From contig CAZQHK010000042.1 in the NCBI GenBank assembly GCA_964593455.1, positions 1 to 30,090 of the forward strand: DNA of 30,090 nucleotides, read 5' to 3'. A program made the position numbers and the translations under genes. This document shows positions 28,353-30,090 of the stretch, piece by piece; the first letter of the stretch is position 1; the number at the start of each line of letters is the position of its first letter. This DNA comes from an uncultured bacterium (lineage in GTDB: Bacteria > Muiribacteriota > CAYSPT01). The notes below the pieces were generated by a model that saw only the letters and a list, made by a program, of their open reading frames with translations, had not been told where the DNA came from and searched no databases.

Positions 28353-29373
28353 TAATCGAGAGGAGGAGATCCACCGGCGGTTGAAAACGATATGACCAGC
28401 CAGTTGGAACCACCACTGACCAGTTGAGCCGAATCGTATTGGGATTCGAGTACCAGGGTCGAGGCTCCATCAATTATTTCCGAACCGGCCGCGGCAATGG
28501 TAATAACATTGTTTGATCCGTCGACTTTCTTGATAACATATATTCTCCCGGCAATCCCCGAGGCAGTGGGCAGTGTGATCGTGATGGCTCCGCCGGTAGC
28601 GTTCGCTGCTACGAAATAATCGCTGTCCGTGAGGGTGTAGGCAGCTGTTTCCAGCCACTTGTCGTCACCCTTGGCCCCGGCATCGCCCTTGGTGCCCTGC
28701 AGACCCTGGAGCCCGGTGTCGCCTTTGTCACCTTTGGGGACTTGATTCCCTTGGCCGTCTCCGGATACCAGGGCTGAGGTCTGGACGGTGCCGTCCGGGA
28801 ACTTGATTCCTCCGTTGGTAATGTGAACAAGTCCGTCCACTTCAAGGGGAGAGGATGGGGCGGTGGTACCGATTCCAACATTGCCGGTGCCTCTGTCTAT
28901 CACAAATAGTTGTTTTCCTTCTGCTGTATCGCTGTCTTCAGGGACATAGACGTATTCAGCAAGGTTGTACTCCTGGTTTCCGTGTCGGTCTTTGACCCTG
29001 ACGCCGAACACGTACCGGTTGCCTGGGCAATCACCTGTCCTTCAACCGTTCCTCCCTGGAACGAAAGGAGAGTTGCTGTTTCCAGGATATAGGCATCTCC
29101 GGGTGGAATGGCGATGGCATCGGTATATTCATAGGTTTCGTAACCTTGATGGACTAGCCTGATCTGGTATGATCCCACCGGTATCTGCTGAATGTTGAAA
29201 GAACCGTTATCGTTCGTATAGCCCAGGGTCTCCAGAGACGAGGATTCATTGGCAGGCGTGCTGCTTCCGCCTCCCCCACCTCCGCAGCCGTTGATCATTA
29301 CTATACAACCGATTATCGAGAATAAGGTAAGAACAGATGTTCGTTTGTTGTTATTCCTGGTAGTGTAATTCAT
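28352..29373 (-). pseudogene. lipoprotein with a CarbopepD_reg-like beta-sandwich, a collagen-like Gly-X-Y repeat and a tail-fibre-like C-terminal domain; interrupted by a frameshift near 29015-29040
   Basis: N-terminal lipobox plus a Gly run (IIGCIVMINGCGGGGGGSS) and a beta-rich domain (frame A, 28900-29373). Frame B (28352-29041) contains GDGQGNQVPKGDKGDTGLQGLQGTKGDAGAKGD, then ITITLPTASGIAGRIYVIKKVDGSNNVITIAAAGSEIIDGAS…SNWLVIS. Each frame turns to low-complexity or stop where the other becomes protein-like. Confidence 0.6.
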
Positions 29374-29644
29374 ACGTGCAGACCTTCCATCGTCCGTGAT
29401 GCTTTTTCTTCCCGGGTGTACGTACTGCCCTAAATTGCTCCGATGTAATTATAACAGCCTTTTCCTCATCTGGTCATTTTTTTATGTATGGAAAGACGAA
29501 ACTTTATTAGGGCTTGGATATAGGATATGTTATATGTTTAAGAAATTCTCAATATGAGAAATTCATCCTGCTTGACCGGAAAATCATGATCGTTTCTGCC
29601 TGATGCTTTACTTTTAAATGGATATTGGTTACCCTGCAAACAAT

Positions 29645-30090
29645 ATGAATATTGACCTTCTTCTCCCTGAAAACATCGTTCCCGAGTTGGATAGATTTTC
29701 TCTCGGTACACCGTATTACTACCTGGATGAAATTGGGTCGACCAATGATTACTGTACCGGTCTGGCAAAAGACGGCGCGCCGGAAGGAACCCTGGTGGTG
29801 GCCAGCCGGCAGTTGAAGGGCCGGGGGCGGCGCGGAAGAAGATGGGTGTCGCCTCCCGGAGGGTTGTATCTGTCTCTGCTGCTTCGGCCGCGGTTTGAGG
29901 TAAAAAAGGCAGCTCTTCTTCCGCTGGCGGCAGGTGTTGCCGTGGCTGAGACCCTGGAAACATGCGGGTTAACGCCTCAGTTAAAATGGCCGAATGACAT
30001 ACTGGTGGAAAACAAGAAACTGTGCGGTATCCTGGTAGAAAGTGGATTCTCAGGGACCGAGCTACTCTACAGTATCGCCGGAATCGGGAT
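29645..30090 (+). CDS. birA: biotin--[acetyl-CoA-carboxylase] ligase (BirA catalytic domain; no N-terminal HTH; 3' end beyond the window)
   Basis: BPL signature QLKGRGRRGRRWVSPPGGLYLSLLL, then KWPNDILVENKKLCGILVE. The open frame runs off the window end. It is absent from the ORF track because there is no stop codon. Confidence 0.8.
   Translation, partial: MNIDLLLPENIVPELDRFSLGTPYYYLDEIGSTNDYCTGLAKDGAPEGTLVVASRQLKGRGRRGRRWVSPPGGLYLSLLLRPRFEVKKAALLPLAAGVAVAETLETCGLTPQLKWPNDILVENKKLCGILVESGFSGTELLYSIAGIG

Overview
This 30-kb window is bacterial chromosomal DNA at about 55% GC with dense, operon-style packing. The gene content fits a metagenome-type lineage with an outer membrane, but I cannot assign it to a taxon.

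The backbone is housekeeping genes:
- an RND efflux pair (periplasmic adaptor plus AcrB-type pump) followed by a small exported protein;
- an MscS channel;
- a large GT-C-like membrane protein;
- nifS-nifU-rlmN;
- a class I aminotransferase;
- a minus-strand operon of YjbQ, an adenosine-deaminase-family protein, a double zinc-ribbon protein and a rhomboid protease;
- a translationally coupled operon of a TPR/peptidase-MA exported protein, a tandem-duplicated Pcm lipoprotein and LigA;
- partial birA at the right edge.

The items that stand out, in rough order of interest:
1. A 467-aa protein at 8561..9964 reads as a compact major vault protein (MVP) homolog: vault repeats, a shoulder domain and a cap-helix tail. 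It sits next to a truncated nitroreductase gene and a 512-bp AT-rich divergent intergenic region.
2. A dispersed intergenic repeat family has four copies: two roughly 135-bp copies in inverted orientation and two shorter copies with the core only.
3. A lipoprotein carries two fused PIMT (Pcm) domains.
4. An M6-like secreted zinc metallopeptidase ends in a long E/R/K-rich tail that looks like a single alpha helix.
5. A collagen-repeat lipoprotein with a tail-fibre-like C-terminal domain is interrupted by a frameshift.
6. A rhomboid gene is also frameshifted.
7. A 24-bp inverted repeat would sequester the ribosome-binding site of a small zinc-ribbon ORF.

I found no rRNA, tRNA, CRISPR array or recognisable transposase or integrase gene. 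All functional calls come from motif recognition in the supplied translations. No database search was run.
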